Assembly: GCA_964016885.1 (NCBI GenBank)
Contig: OZ024741.1
Coordinates: 239,754,001 to 239,818,000, forward strand
DNA from: Eledone cirrhosa
Lineage: Eukaryota
Reading direction: 5' to 3'
Length of the DNA: 64,000 nt
The notes under the pieces were generated by a model. It ran no database searches. It was not told the DNA's origin and worked only from the letters and a program-made list of their open reading frames with translations. The translations under genes and the position numbers were made by a program. Shown here piece by piece: positions 25,735 through 39,834 of this stretch. Within the stretch, counting starts at the first letter, position 1. Every line of letters begins with the position of its first letter.

Positions 25735-27230
25735 GGAAAAGAGTCAGGACCCCGACGGCTGAGCTCCGGCCGTTTCAACAGCTAGGTCTGAACTAACGCA
25801 GTAGTGTCAGGACAGTAGTAGTCTAGCTGAACTTACCAGGGGGTAATTCCATATATGGGCATGCAATGAGAGGGTAGTAGTATTATTATCATATCTAACA
25901 ATTCTAATAGTTGTTGTTATTCATGTCTATCACTGGGAGTGGTCAAAGATTTTGTAAACACAGTTAAATTCCTTCATAGCGGGGGGTGGGGGTGGCTGAA
26001 CTTGCCTGTAGAACAAGGGGAGGGAGTGAGATGACAATCTGGCCTGTGGATGCAGGCCAGTCATGTGTTAAGAGAGAATTCTATACAGCTATCTCTAAAG
26101 GGGGTGAAGAACTTATGATAAACAAGGAATATCTTAGAATTAATAGGTCAAGCGTCGGCTAGAAAGCAAAGCAAATATAATTTAATACAAAATTCCGAAT
26201 TAACAAGAATTTAGCTGTTAGTTCGTTCAATACACTAAAACAGCATCTCAAGGTAGTAATTTATCAAAATTATCATCCATAGTGATGCATCCCCCCCCCC
26301 CAAAAAAAGGGGAAAACACTGGCTATAGGTTCAGCCGGTGCTTTATATATTTAACAGGAGTGGAAATACTAGGGTTAATCTAAGGAAGAATGAAGCTGAA
26401 TATAATAGTGTAGACAAGCGATGAGCTGCCTAAGTGTAATTAGAGTGTGCAACTAATGAAGAAAAGTAAGAGAAGAAAAGGGGAGAGAAATAAGAAAGAA
26501 ATAGACTTTCGACTTCTACCTAAGTATGCTTGGGGTGGCCTCTATCTTAGTCTGCAAATAGGGAAAACAGTTACAGCCGAGGTCTACCCACCCGGCTCGT
26601 GAGGGGGTCTGAAGGTTAGGTATGTCCTATGCATTCTGTGTTTACATGAGGTAACAAGTTCATTTTTTTGTTTAAGAGTTGGTCCTTAGCAAACAACATT
26701 TGGATCGTTTCCTCCGAGCATAAATTACACGGACGGCGTCCTCCTGAGTAAGAGTTTGCCTTGGAAAGTATGCTCCAACTTAGATGGTAGGTGATGTTAT
26801 TGTCTTGGAGGTCCCAAATATGGCCAGAAAGTGCTGTTGCGTGTCGCCAAGCCGGGTTTCTAAATGTATGTCGGTGTTGGTAATACCGGGTCTTAAAATC
26901 GCAAGCAGTTAATCCGATGTAAGCCTTGTTAGAGTTTTCTGTCCTCACATTGCACTGGTAGACCACGTTACATTCTCGGCATCTGTTGTTGAGGGGGCAC
27001 GATGATATATCCGGACAGTTACACCTCCTAGTTTGCTCCCCACTGACATCGCTGTTGTCTCTTCTGTTAGAGAGGAGTTTTTCGTTGTTTGAAGAAACGA
27101 TGTTTTGTGCAAAGTTGGGTGTAGTGCTGTAGGAGAGTTTGACAGTGTTTCTGTTGATGACATTGTGGTAGCAGTGTTGTGGTGGGAAGTGTTTGTCAAG
27201 GAGTGTAAAAAAGATCCTCCCAGATGGGAA
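25735..27230 (-). mobile_element. Penelope-like element, 5'-truncated: GIY-YIG endonuclease plus 3' pLTR region
   Basis: VVYQCNV..KAYIGLT..FKTRYYQH..ATALSGHIWDL..CNLCSEE (26616-26970); hammerhead motif at the 3' end; (TA) flanks. Confidence 0.88.
25749..25844 (-). ncRNA. Type-I hammerhead motif (degenerate core) in Penelope pLTR
   Basis: acccc-CTGGTAA-..cagctag...ctagctg..-GAAA-cggc..gccg-TC-ggggt. Confidence 0.7.
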
Positions 27231-28086
27231 GTATATATACTAGCTGAGCTACCCGGTGATTCCTGGATATTTGGATATTTTATTAAAGTTACAATATTTG
27301 ACCATAGAAATATGATTGCTGAATTTTAACTAAAGTAAGAATTATAGCAGAATATTTATTGGTGTTTGTTTAAAGCAAATCATGTAGATAAAAATATTAT
27401 CAGTTTTGTTCAGTGGTGATTTTTTTGATACTGCTTCCTATTACAGTCAACATATATAATGCTTCACACTTGGAAGAATCATTAGGTATGTTGTCAGTGA
27501 AAAGGGCATAACAAAAAAAAATAAATTTAGATTTTATTTATCCTTTTTTTTTTTCACAATCAGAACCTCTGAAATTCAAACAAAAAGCATAAATAAAATA
27601 AAATAAAAATATAAATTTAGCATTGGTTTATGAATGAGTGAAGAATTTACTTACTCATTTCTGTAATTCAGTAAAGTTTATTTAAATGTGTATAAGTGTG
27701 GTAAATATATACATATACGCCAGGAACCAAACCCCCACTGTCACTGCCCCCATCTCTCCCGATCTCCCCATCACTCACTATTATGAGCAAATGGGGGCCC
27801 ATGCGCTGGCCGCCCAGCAGCCCAGGTGGTCGTAATAGAGGATGGTGAGGGAGACGCGCTAGAAAAGCCAACTCTGTGCCGATGGTGGTGAGTTGGGAGG
27901 TTTGTTTCCTATTTCTTTTAGGTACACCAACAGTTATAATGGCTTCCATAACATACATACACACACATGCATGTGTGTGTTTGTGTGTGTAAGACTGTTC
28001 GCTGTGATTGGAAATGGATTTTGCTAATATTTCTAGTAGATGGAGGTGTCACATACAACCTTTCCTTTTTGCTTCACATATATATA

Positions 28087-28847
28087 CATGGAGCTACTGC
28101 CACTGCTAACTGCAAAAAGCTTTTCCCTCAAAATGAAAGGCATACTGTATGATGCATACATACGAACAGCAATGTTACATGGTAGTAAGACCTGCGCGCT
28201 GTGTGTAGAAGACTTCCATAGATTAGAAAGAAACAAAGCTTGCATGCTCCGATGGATGTGTAATGGTAATATACGCGAACAGCAAAGCATAAACGAACTG
28301 AGAGAGAGAGACTGAACATAAGAGGAATCAAATGCTGTGTGCAGGAGAGGAGGATGCATTGGTATGGACATGTGATGCGTATGAAGGATGACAGCTGCAT
28401 AAAAAGGTGTAGAGCACTAAAAGTTGATGGAAGCCGTGGAGTGGGGAGACCCAAGAAGACCTTAGGATGAGGTGATAAAAGCGGACCTCTGGTGTCACAC
28501 AATAATACGGAAAACCCGACTTCCCACTGGAACAAGCCGAAGCATATAGGCAATATGCCTCCATCCTCTCCCACTACAAAGTGGTCGTGGAGGTGTCACA
28601 ACAAAAAAGCACCCAGATGACACTGTAAAGTGGACATGTAGGTGCCACGGAAAAAAAGCACCCAGCACTCACTGTAAATGAGGTTGGTGTTAGGAAGGGC
28701 ATCCAGCTGTAGAAATGTAGCCAAAATCAATTCCCATATTAGCAAGACAAGGTCATCTGACCTAACATTGCCCACAACAGGACAACCTGTCTAACCCATG
28801 CTTGCGTGGAAGAATCGACGTAAAACGGTGATTATGATGATGATGAC
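28087..28847 (+). mobile_element. RTE family A 3' fragment with 3' UTR and (GAT)n tail
   Basis: [34 protein letters not shown]. Confidence 0.88.
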
Positions 28848-28896
28848 ATGAGACAGTAGACTGGGTGATATATGTCTCTAACTTAAGTACGGTGAT

Positions 28897-28898
<2 letters not shown>

Positions 28899-28980
<82 letters not shown>
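28899..28980. repeat. (CA)n microsatellite
   Basis: Perfect CA run. Confidence 0.97.
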
Positions 28981-28983
<3 letters not shown>

Positions 28984-29616
28984 TCTCTAATTTAAGAACG
29001 CCAAGACACACGCGTATGTGCACACACACACGCTCACATACATACACAGTCCCATTATGACTTTTGTGAAAGAGAGAAAGAGAAGTAACATTAAGAAAGG
29101 AGTTAGTTATGAAGCGTTTAAAAAATCAATAAATAAAAGTTAGTTATCGAACTATGCTATCATTTTTCTGTTTTCTTTCTCTCTCTTCCCTAATCCCCCT
29201 CTCTCTCTTTTTTTCGCTGTCTCTCATCCCCCTCTCTCTCTTATCCTCTCTCTCATCCTCTTTCTTTATTTCTTATCTCCTCTCTCTCTTTCTCTACAGA
29301 ATGAAGAACAAAAAAACAAATAAGTTGTTGCCTCGTTTTGGAGGACTGAGTTGTGGTAGGAGAAAGAGGAGTAGTGGGAGGGAGGGTTTAATGTCACCAG
29401 GGGTTTCATTGTTGATTTTTATTGAAATCCAATTAGCCAGTCCTGTTTCTGAATATTAGCTTAACATGTGTCTAAAGTTTCATAAGGATCAGATCAATGG
29501 TTTAGACGCCAACTGGTAACACACAGACAGACAGAAATTGCCATTTATATAACCTAATACCTTTCGTAACTGTACTCCTGTGTTGTTATTTTCTTTCCCA
29601 TATATGTATATATCTT

Positions 29617-30290
29617 CACTTATATGTCTGAATTAATGTTGGCTTCTTGCTTACATTAATTTCTCTATTTTCATTTATATATTTATACTCAGAATTTTTC
29701 CTTGAGTGCTTAAAATTATTTGTGACTAATCCCGGTTTAAAAAAAAAAAACCGCGATAACTATTGCTTTATGCTGAACTCCATATATTTTGTTGATTTTT
29801 TTTCGGAATGTTTTGATTGCTGTTTCTTGTAAACGGACATTCGTCTCATTCTGACGTCACTAGCCCTGTCTCCATGTGTGTTTATTAATTCAATTCCACA
29901 CGAGGTTTGACTAGCCTGTTTTTAAATTCTCCTTTGGCATATTTTAGCTGTGGACTTAGTTAACGTTGTTGAGCACGACTCCAACCGTGACTAACCCCAC
30001 TGAAAAGTTTCGTGAAATAGTCTTTTTAAGACTATATAGTGCATTTGTAGATTTTTCCAAATTGACGGATAAGTATTTACTCTTAATTTTATTTTGAGTT
30101 AAGATTCTATTAGTTTTTTTCCCCGGATTACACAAAATCTGTGGATAAAATTTCTGGTCTTGACTTGTTTTGAATTGGGATTGAGTTATTTTCCCATATC
30201 TTACGTTAAATATTTTTCATCTTGACGTAATAATCACTTATATGTCTGAATTACTGTTGGCTTCTTGCTTACATTAATTTCTCTATTTTC

Positions 30291-30300
<10 letters not shown>
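29617..30300 (+). mobile_element. Non-coding element with ~65-bp terminal direct repeats and a degenerate hammerhead-like motif
   Basis: cacttatatgtctgaatta..ttttcatttatatat at about 29617-29682 and 30235-30300; CTGAAAA-gtttcgt-GAAA-tagtctt/aagacta-TA at about 30000-30037. Confidence 0.5.
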
Positions 30301-30382
<82 letters not shown>

Positions 30383-30841
30383 AATAAATAAATAAATAAG
30401 GCGGCTACTTTAGTCCATCCCTATTTATTTTATTATACATATTACAAAGATGTATGGCTTATGTATAACATCTGTCAAACATTTTCTCATCGGATAAAAT
30501 TCACAGGAGATGTAAATATCCTTTGATATGCTAGTGGTCAGACGAGTTATTCACTTCAGTGACTGATCAGCATATGCCTGAAAAAGTTTCAACGTAATAG
30601 ATATTGTATGAATGGGAAAAATATTTTACAGCTGGCGTTGATGTTTTTGAACTGGAGAGGGTATCAGGTGACCGGATTGGTCAATTCGTTCAAAGGATAG
30701 CATGTAAGGACTGTTAGTCTATTTTTTCTTTTAAATTTAAGATATTTAATTCATAGATGTTGAAGTTATAATGTAACTATATATTAAAGAAAATTTTAAT
30801 TACTAATTTATAGTCTATTTAACTTTATTTACATTTACTAT

Positions 30842-30889
<48 letters not shown>

Positions 30890-31087
30890 TAAAAAAATAA
30901 TGAATAAAACAATGAAACAGTTCCTTATATTAAACAAAAAAAGTTCATTATTTAACGATCGTTTCTAGGATATATATGTGTTAGAATTGGCATGCATATT
31001 CAACAGATCTATGTACGAAATTATACAAAATTATACAAACTATCAAAATTAAATATACATACCAACACATATATATGCCGTCTTCAG

Positions 31088-31129
<42 letters not shown>

Positions 31130-32257
31130 GCAGAAGATAAGTTATTTATACGTTGTTGTATATATATATGAGGAATGAGGCAGTTGAGTGTGTGAGGTCT
31201 AAGAAGGGATATGTAGCTGGTAAGGGGGAATGGGTGAGTATTAAGATAGGAAAGGGTATATGGGTGGTGGATGTTTGGTGCAGACTAGTGTCTTTTAGAA
31301 TGTGTATGTATCTATCTAAGTTTTTAGAATCAGTACACCATATCACTAAGAGGTGATTAAAATGGTTGGCATCAGAAAAGGAATCAAGAAGTAAAACATT
31401 GCCTCAAAAAGTCCTGCTCTACCCATACCAGTATATAAAAGTAGATGTAAAAATAATAATTATAGGTGCACATGTGTAGTCAAGAGTAAGGTTACCCATG
31501 AAATAAACACCCCCAAATTCTCAATTTTCACTAGAAGTAGTAGATAGCTTTTGCTATTTGGGTGACCTAATTAGCAGTGGAGGTGGATGAACCAAAAATG
31601 TTTTAGCCAGAATGAGAATTGTGTGGAAGAAGCTTAGGAGTGGCAACTTAAAGAAACTGAACGTCATGAAGCGGATGATACTAGAAAAGACCTACTTACC
31701 TGTACTGGCACTGCAAAGCTAAAAGTAAATATGGTGAGAGATCAGAAACTAAATGTAGTGGAGAGGTCACTTGATCTGCAATGAATGAGACAACCACTGT
31801 ATTGTAGAAGTCATGATGGAATACACTTGGTACCCATGTAAAGAGGTTGAGGGATGAACCAAGACAATATAGGTAGAGAAGTCTTTTGATCTGGTCGAGG
31901 ACTTGACAACTTCTCTAAAATTAGTGCCACAATGAAATACACCCAGGACACTATATAAAGTGGTTGGCAATCGAATGGAGACAACATTAAGTAGAGAGAA
32001 TTTTTCAGTCTTGTTAAGTACATGACAACCTCACTAGTGCTGGTGCCTCAATAAATTTCACGCAGTAAATTTTACAGATGTACTGGGTGAAATTATTTAT
32101 TCTGTTATTGCTAGTACCATGCTAAATTTCTCCCTAAACTTTGTTTCTCTTCAAACCAATGTAATATATAAACACATTGACCTAATTCTGAAAGACATGG
32201 CAATTATATACTACCATATATAATTTCCTTTGAACCTTGTATATTTAGTTTTACCTT

Positions 32258-32339
<82 letters not shown>

Positions 32340-32773
32340 ATACTTTGGGAGGGTCATGTTGCCAATAAGAAACACACGCACCAGTTGCTTTCACTTCAGT
32401 TTATTATATATTTATAAATTTACAAGTTTATAAATCTATAAATTTCTGGTTGGTTGGTTGGTTCCACAACCAGATAGTTGTTTATATATAGTCATAGTCC
32501 TTTCGTCACACACTCTGTGACCTATATTCATATATATGTGTGTGCACAGAAGGCTAGATCTTGAGTATTGTGAGCCAGATGAGCACAATGTTGCAGGTAT
32601 CCATGTGTGGGCTGAGAGATGTGAGTGTTATGTGTATAGAGATATGTGCATGCATGTGTGTTAGGTGGTATATAAGGTGTGAGTATGAGTATTTGTGTAT
32701 GTTCTTGTGGTGTAGGTGTGTCTGTAGGTGTTGGGCATGAATGTACAAGTGTTATAGAATTCTAGCTAACTAT

Positions 32774-32887
32774 CCTATGCAGAATATATGCCTCCGTAAA
32801 AGTGTAGTATATGAATGTAAGGTTACCATTAGTGCCACAACTTACAAATACATTGGCGTGACATCGACCACCTTTAAGGATAGGTGA
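32774..32887 (+). mobile_element. Penelope GIY-YIG endonuclease fragment
   Basis: PMQNICLRKSVVYECKVTISATTYKYIGVTSTTFKDR (not in ORF track). Confidence 0.75.
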
Positions 32888-33048
32888 TATGTTTTGTGTG
32901 GTTGTGATCTTTGCACTACCAAAGCTGTACATATCAACAAATGCTCAGATTTCTTCAACACATATTGGTACAAGATATCTAAATGTTTCCTTAGAATCTA
33001 TAGTTAGCTTTGATCATCGCCTTTAATCTTGCATCCCTCTCTTTAATG

Positions 33049-34550
33049 TCATCATCATCATCATCATCATCATCATTTTACGTCCGCTTTTCCCTGCTTG
33101 CAAGGGTGGGACGGGTCTTATTCAGCACACCATCTCTCCACTCATCACGGTCCTTCGTCATCTCCACCGTGAGCTTCAATGATCTGAGGTCTGTTCTCAT
33201 CACCTCTGCCCATGTTTTTCATGGTCTACCTCTACCACGTCTTCCTTCAACTGGCATTTCCTGGCACTTCTTCACCCATCGGTCATCCTCCATGCGCATC
33301 ACATGTCCATACCACCTCAGTCTCCTCTCCCGTACACTACATTCTATCCCTCTCAGACACAGTTTCTCTCTCAACACATTTATGCTGGGTCATTCACGCA
33401 CATTTACACTGCACATCCAACGGAGCATGCTTGCCTCATTTCTCTCCAGCTGTTGCATATCCTCTGCAGTTGCTGCCCATGTCTCACTACCATGCAGCAT
33501 CGCGCTCCTCACACAGGCATCATACAACCGGCCTTTCGTACGCCGGGAGAAACCCTTCTTCGTCAGCAGAGGAAGCAGCTCCCTAAACTTCTTCCAACCC
33601 GTCCTTATTCTAGATACTATGGCCTCGGAACACCCTCCTCCCATGCTAATTTGATCTCCTAGGTACCGGAAGCTATCCACCACTTCTATAGCGCCCTCCT
33701 ACATTTGAAAAATGTGTCTATCAATGCGACTTCTATTGTCTAATTTCCCTGTACATCTACTGCATACATATTTCTCCCTACCTGTTAGTTTGCCTGCTAT
33801 CCCACTACATCTCTTGTGTACCCAGGATCTGCATTGTGTGCATTTTCTAGAATTTATGCCAGTTCCTTTTCTGCATATCGAACATGGCCATTTCCCTGAC
33901 GGAATCAGAGTTTTGTCCTCTTTTCTACTCATCAACACTTTTGTCTTAGCTAGGTTCACTCTCAGTCCTCTTGCTTCCAACTGCTGTTTCCATAGCCAGA
34001 ATTTATTCTCTAGCTCCTCTACTGATTCTGCTATAAGAACCAGATTGTCAGCATAGAGAAGTTCCCATGGACAACCAGTCTTAAACTCCTCTGTTATGGC
34101 TTGGAGGACTATAATGAACAAGAGCGGGCTGAGGACCAAACCTTGATGTACTCCTACTTGTATCTGGAATTCCTCACTAAACTCCATTCCTACCCTGACT
34201 TTACTTAGAGTACCTCTGTACAAAGTTTGCACTGTTCTCACAAGCCATTCCTCAACACCTAGCTTTCTTAGGGACCACCAGATGACAGATCGGGGTATCC
34301 TATCAAAGGCCTTCTCTAGGTCAACAAAGGCTAAGTATAGTGGCTTATTTTTCTCTAAGAACCTCTCTTGCAATTGCCTCACCAAGAAGAGGGCATCTGT
34401 TGTACTCTTCCCAGGCACAAAACCAAACTGCATCTCTTCTAGTTTGACCCTTTCTCTAATTAGTTGTGCTAATATCCTTTCTGCCACTTTCATAACCTGA
34501 TCCATCAGTTTTATACCCCTATAATTGCTCCTCTCCCGAGCATCCCATTT
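33049..34550 (-). mobile_element. RTE family B, 5'-truncated
   Basis: Near-identical to ORF 56195-58588; one stop near 33700; YADN variant; (GAT)n tail. Confidence 0.95.
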
Positions 34551-35705
34551 ATGTGAACTTGAATAAATAATTACTTAACTTCAAAACCCCTTAGTATGTC
34601 ATTGTGTTGATACACTGGCCTATCCTCCTCATGTATGGCCAAACCCTTCCACTTTTCTTTGATAGCTCTACTAATCACTTTGATTTGTTGGGCTTATTAC
34701 ACCTCGATTCATTAGTCACCTTGATTCATTACTCACTAAACACTATCCACCCACCCTTTGGGAAATATTTTCCCCACTGACACCTCAAGTATTACATCTG
34801 TCTATGCATGATGCATAGTTTGCTTGTACTTGCACATTTGAATGTAATGAATTGCTATGCAACCATGCACTTCCATACTGAGATATGACAGCACATAACT
34901 ATTGCATGTATACATATTTGATGATATATATTTAAATATAACCGTGCATGTATATCCGTATGCGCATATTGTCTAGGCATGTGTATGTGTAAATGTGCGG
35001 CTTATACATATTTTGAAACCTAACTAGAACACACTGTCATAGAAATCTTTGTATGCTCTATCTATACACACAACAAATACTTTTACTCCCATATACACCA
35101 CAGAAGAGTGCGCTAAATTTGTTTGAGTTTAAATTTGGAACCAGCAGAGCAGCAGTTGTTGATTATCAAAGCTACCTATGACTGGGCCACAGTAAGTATA
35201 CAAAAATAAGAAGAAAATAAATAATCAAATTTACCAGTCTACCTTTTACCAATTGTAAACCAAAGCTGACGACCAGAATGACTAACTTTTAGTCCATTGA
35301 TCTACTTCAATCACCTACTACTAACAAGCCATATGCCCTACTCCTAGGCTGCTTCCTGCCAATATCTCTACATCATATGCTTGCTTATAGCCAGACAGCC
35401 AACATCGAGTTCCATACTATGGTGAGCATATCAAAAACAAAATAACATTACACCTAAATACCTTCCTAGTGACAACACATCAAATAATTGTTATACAGTG
35501 ACTTTGATGTTTTTGAAATGTACATAACAGTATGATGTAATAAACTGAAGATGCATATGTGGTACTGCTCTCTTCTCTTTTAATAATATTGACACTCCGT
35601 CTGATACCATATAGGTGACATTGTATCCATGTTGTGGAGTGCTTACATCTGATTACACCACAATCGGTCAATTACTTGATGAACCAACACTGATTACTTA
35701 GAATA

Positions 35706-35741
<36 letters not shown>

Positions 35742-37607
35742 TTATATATAGTTTTATTTTAAACATAAAACTATATATATATATTTATATGTAGTTTTAT
35801 TTTAAACATAAAGCTGGTAGTAGTAATTTGAGAAATCTCAACACCAAACTAATAACCATAAAACACTACTTTTTGTATTGAGTATTTTATCCTTTAATTT
35901 CTAAACACAAACGTTTATTAAATTTGTTAACCTTATTTAGAAGTAAAATTGTATAAAGATATGCATAAACAACTCACATTTCCAGTTTGTATTTTTTATT
36001 CAAAAATTATGAAAGACATCTCAGGTAGAACTTGTAATATATATATGGGTAAAATAATAAATATGCAAAAGTCACAATTTCTAATATTCCTTGTTAGAAA
36101 AAATGTTCATAATAAAGAGGGATATATTTAACAATGACAAAAATTATGTTTAAGATAAAAGATACATCTCCATGGGTAAGCAAAAAGTTCGGCTGGTTGA
36201 TCTGCTGTTACAATTGCTCTAAATTGTGAAGAGCAAGGAAGCATTGAAATAGGCTCCAAAGATATTAACATAAGTCATAAATAACAAAACATGGCCAAAC
36301 CTTTGGGTTTCCACATGGTGGCGAGTAACATCTTGTAATGAACAGTTTAAATAAAGTGAAATAAGAAAAGTAAACAAAATTCACAAGTGTGTTAAATTTC
36401 TACTGAATAGATAAAGAACTGATACTGGCTGGCTGAATACCAGATGCTATAAGAGACTATAATTTGCAAAGGATTCTAAAATTAAGTGGAATACATTTTA
36501 CAGTGCATTTGTATTGAAAAATTTGATATCTAAATATTATATAAGAAAAATGAAGAAAACATTTTTAACACTATTTCTGAGGAGATTTATGTACAGAAAA
36601 TGTTAATAGACTAATTAGACCAACCAACTGTCAAATATAAGGTGAAATGTTTTACAATGATAAAAAAATGAAATCAAAAATGATAGATGATTTTTTTAAA
36701 CAAAGTAATGTCTTTCATATAATATATACACGATGGCTGCTGGGAAATGTTTTTTTTGTTTATTGTTTTACTAAAATGCTTCAGTTATGATATTGCTTGC
36801 ACAATGAAAAATATTAAAGCTAGAATTAGGAGAAAAAAATCTTTTGAAAAAGTTTTTAAGAGTTAATGCATAAAAAAAATGGTTAATTTGTGTTGGGGTG
36901 GTGGTGAAACCATTTAATCTTTTGCAATAGTAGCTTTACTATTTTGTGGATTCCCCCCTGATAGATACATTAATATAATGAATTATACAGTTGACATATT
37001 AATGTGATGAATTATGTAAAAAGAAATAAGAAGTAGTATATTTTTGTAAAATATATATTATCAGCCTAAAACTGATATCCTTGAAATGGTAAAAATGATG
37101 ATAATTATTATTTCACTTGTTTCATTATTTCCATTAACTTACACACTCACACACACTCACACACACACACTCTCACACACACACAGACACACACACACAC
37201 ATACACACACACATGTATATGTATATATATTTATAAGAGAGAGAGAAAGAGGGAGTCATGTTGCACAACAAAAGTTGTTTTGAAGTGTTGACACTCTTGT
37301 TTCAGTGTGAAGTAATTTAATTACATTTCAACCCAATTAAACAATTCTTTCAGCCTTGAATGATTTTATAAACATATTGATATATAGTCAGAATTTTCTA
37401 TCTAAATTACAAATTGGCTAAGATAATGAGCCTTGATATGAAGCCAATTCGCATTTCTCTAATTCCATCCATTTGTAAAACCTGTAATATCTTTCAAAAA
37501 CTCCAGGATTCTGTCAACTTATTTTGTAATATGTAATTTAACAAAAGACGTCTTATACTTCAAAATAATTGCCAGTTCTAATCTTGTTAAAAAATATTAA
37601 AATAATA

Positions 37608-37770
37608 ATTTCTAATTTTGGCACTAGGCCAGAAAATTTGAGGAACATGCAAAGTCAATTAAATCAACCCCAGTACTTGACTGATACTTTATTTTATCGA
37701 CCCCAATAGGATGAAAGGTAAAGTTGACCTGGTTGGGATTTAATTTCAGAATGTAAAGAACCAGAACAAA
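37608..37770 (-). mobile_element. Degenerate SINE
   Basis: actttattttatcgacccc..ggatgaaagg reverse-complement core. Confidence 0.7.
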
Positions 37771-38529
37771 TACAACAATAGCATTAAAAAAAAATTAAAA
37801 TATTAAAGTGAGTTAACATCTATAATAACCTATTTAATAAAGCATTCTTATACTTAAAAAGTAATCTAAAGGTGTATATGACTTTAAATATCGGTGAGTA
37901 TAAGACCCAGAGTTCGACTGAAATATAGGGATTATAATAATTGTAGTCATAACTTAAAAGAAAACCACTGAAAATCACCAGAGAATAGCAATATTCATAA
38001 TTATTCAAAATATTAATTAAAAGTTTAAGGAATATAATACAACTAAAGGAAATATATTTTTCTTAATGTATAATTTGTAGTGAAAGAAGTGAAGTTTATA
38101 GTTTGGAAGATACATTTATGTAAGAATATGATATACATAGATGTATAATTCTAAATAATAAAACATCTATTGTTATTATTATTATTATTATTATTTAAAA
38201 GTTCCTTTGATATTATTATTATTTTTGATTTTGATGAGACACTAAACTGAAGTATTTTAGTAGAAATTATGACCTTGTATATTTTCAGTGCACCACAGCG
38301 TGTTACTTTATAATGGTTTTTAAAAAAGATTTTTCATTTCAAGTTTAGAAATATTGGTGTCTTGAAAGCAAAAATTATTTGCCATTGTGAATATGAGGAA
38401 TATTTTCTTTCTTCATCTGTATGTCTGTGAAATTTGAAAGTATTGTATCATGCTGCTTGATTCTGTGATTGAATAAAGACTTTTCATCATAAATATGATA
38501 AGGTTAAGGAACATAATTACTATCTTTGT

Positions 38530-38590
38530 TCAGTTCCTCACAATTTTCTTTGCTGCAGATGCTGCCTTTTTTTCCATTTCTGCCCAATCT
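38530..38590 (-). CDS. Probable last coding exon of a host gene (..IDWAEMEKKAASAAKKIVRN*)
   Basis: T-rich tract+TAG acceptor; phase matches the upstream exon; ends in TGA; unique sequence. Confidence 0.6.
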
Positions 38591-38707
38591 CTATCAATAT
38601 AAAAAAAAGTATACATGTAAACAAAATTCAACATTAAATTATTTATATCTATGATATAAAACAGTGTTAATATTACTGTAATATTGTGTGATTTTATTTT
38701 ACCTTAC

Positions 38708-38868
38708 ATACTTGGTATTTCTTCATAATGTCTCCCTCCTCCTTCACGTGATTTGTGTCTTCCATCTCTTGGAGCTGGTAATGTTTCCAGGGTGTAATCA
38801 GGAGCAATATCAGTGTTATGTTCCATAGCATCATCATTGGATGTTGCCACTACTGGTTCACTGTATTT
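38708..38868 (-). CDS. Probable internal coding exon (KYSEPVVATSNDDAMEHNTDIAPDYTLETLPAPRDGRHKSREGGGRHYEEIPS)
   Basis: Pyrimidine tract+TAG acceptor, GTAAGG donor, open frame, GC-richer island in AT-rich unique DNA. Confidence 0.68.
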
Positions 38869-39834
38869 CTACAAAAAGGAAAAGGAAAGAAAATGTAATG
38901 AGGCAGTTATGATTTATATTTTACAAGAAATTTTATTCATTAAACAACATTCTAAATTGTAATACATTGTTTTGAAATATCATGGCCTCCAAGAGAAAAT
39001 TTTACAAAGTGGGACAAGATAGCCTTTGACCTCTGGAAGGGAGGGATAGGTGGAGGGAATCCCTTTCAAAATTCAAGGGGCTGAAAGGATTTTTATTTAT
39101 TCAGTGGGAGAGGTTGTCATATATTCAGGGATTGTTCCTTGGCTTTCTGGACCCCGGGTTCATGTACCAACTGAATTTTCCTCTTCAAAAATTAAATTTA
39201 GGGCATAAACTTTGTTTAATAATTAGAAAGGTGAGTGTCTGTGTTTATGGAATTTAGGAGGGGTTCATTAGCTTCCTTCTCAAAAACTAATTGTTATGGA
39301 GTTTCCTCCAATTTAAACATGTAATTCTCATAAATTCATTTAAAAGACAATTGCATTAAACCCTTGGTGATTGTAAATTACAACTAAAGATTTGTTGGAT
39401 TTGAACTTTTTAAGATTTTAAAGATTTTTTTGAGATAAGATATTGTGAGGTAGATCATTATGAATTCAGATATATTGATAAATAATTAAAGCAAAAATAA
39501 ATTTCTAATTACACAAAGAAAGAATTTGTTATTTCACATTTATTTCAAAATAAAATATTCAATTTAATGTTTCTTCAAATTCCATTACTTTATGCACCAT
39601 CTTTATCTTTATGATAATTTTAAGATGAGTTATTTGAAATTCAATTATTTTAATGCCGATGAAAACAAAAACATACTCCAGTTTCTTCTCTAAGTAAAGG
39701 AATAAGTTTGTATTACAGCTATGATTTCAATGTAGCATTGTAGGATTTCAACAGCTGTTGTAAGGATTCCAGTGTGTGTAATCATTCTCATGGTAGAGGG
39801 AATTTCCAGGTGTAGCCGATGGTTGGTACCTCAC

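Larger units (their letters stand above)
27240..29555 (-). mobile_element. Probable composite Helitron-like element; right boundary uncertain
   Basis: a|ctagctgagctacccgg 3'-end motif at 27240; aaagtttcat..(GACA)n..tttatata module near 29480-29550; 28868-29062 shared with 20460-20567 inside the other Helitron. Confidence 0.4.

Noticed and set aside
30538-30575. CAGACGA followed by a hairpin
   Set aside because: No GAAA or stem III; insufficient for a ribozyme call
32336-32531. Possible solo LTR (TG..CA, minus-strand AATAAA)
   Set aside because: Terminal repeats are weak, a TSD cannot be read within TA repeats, and there is no second copy
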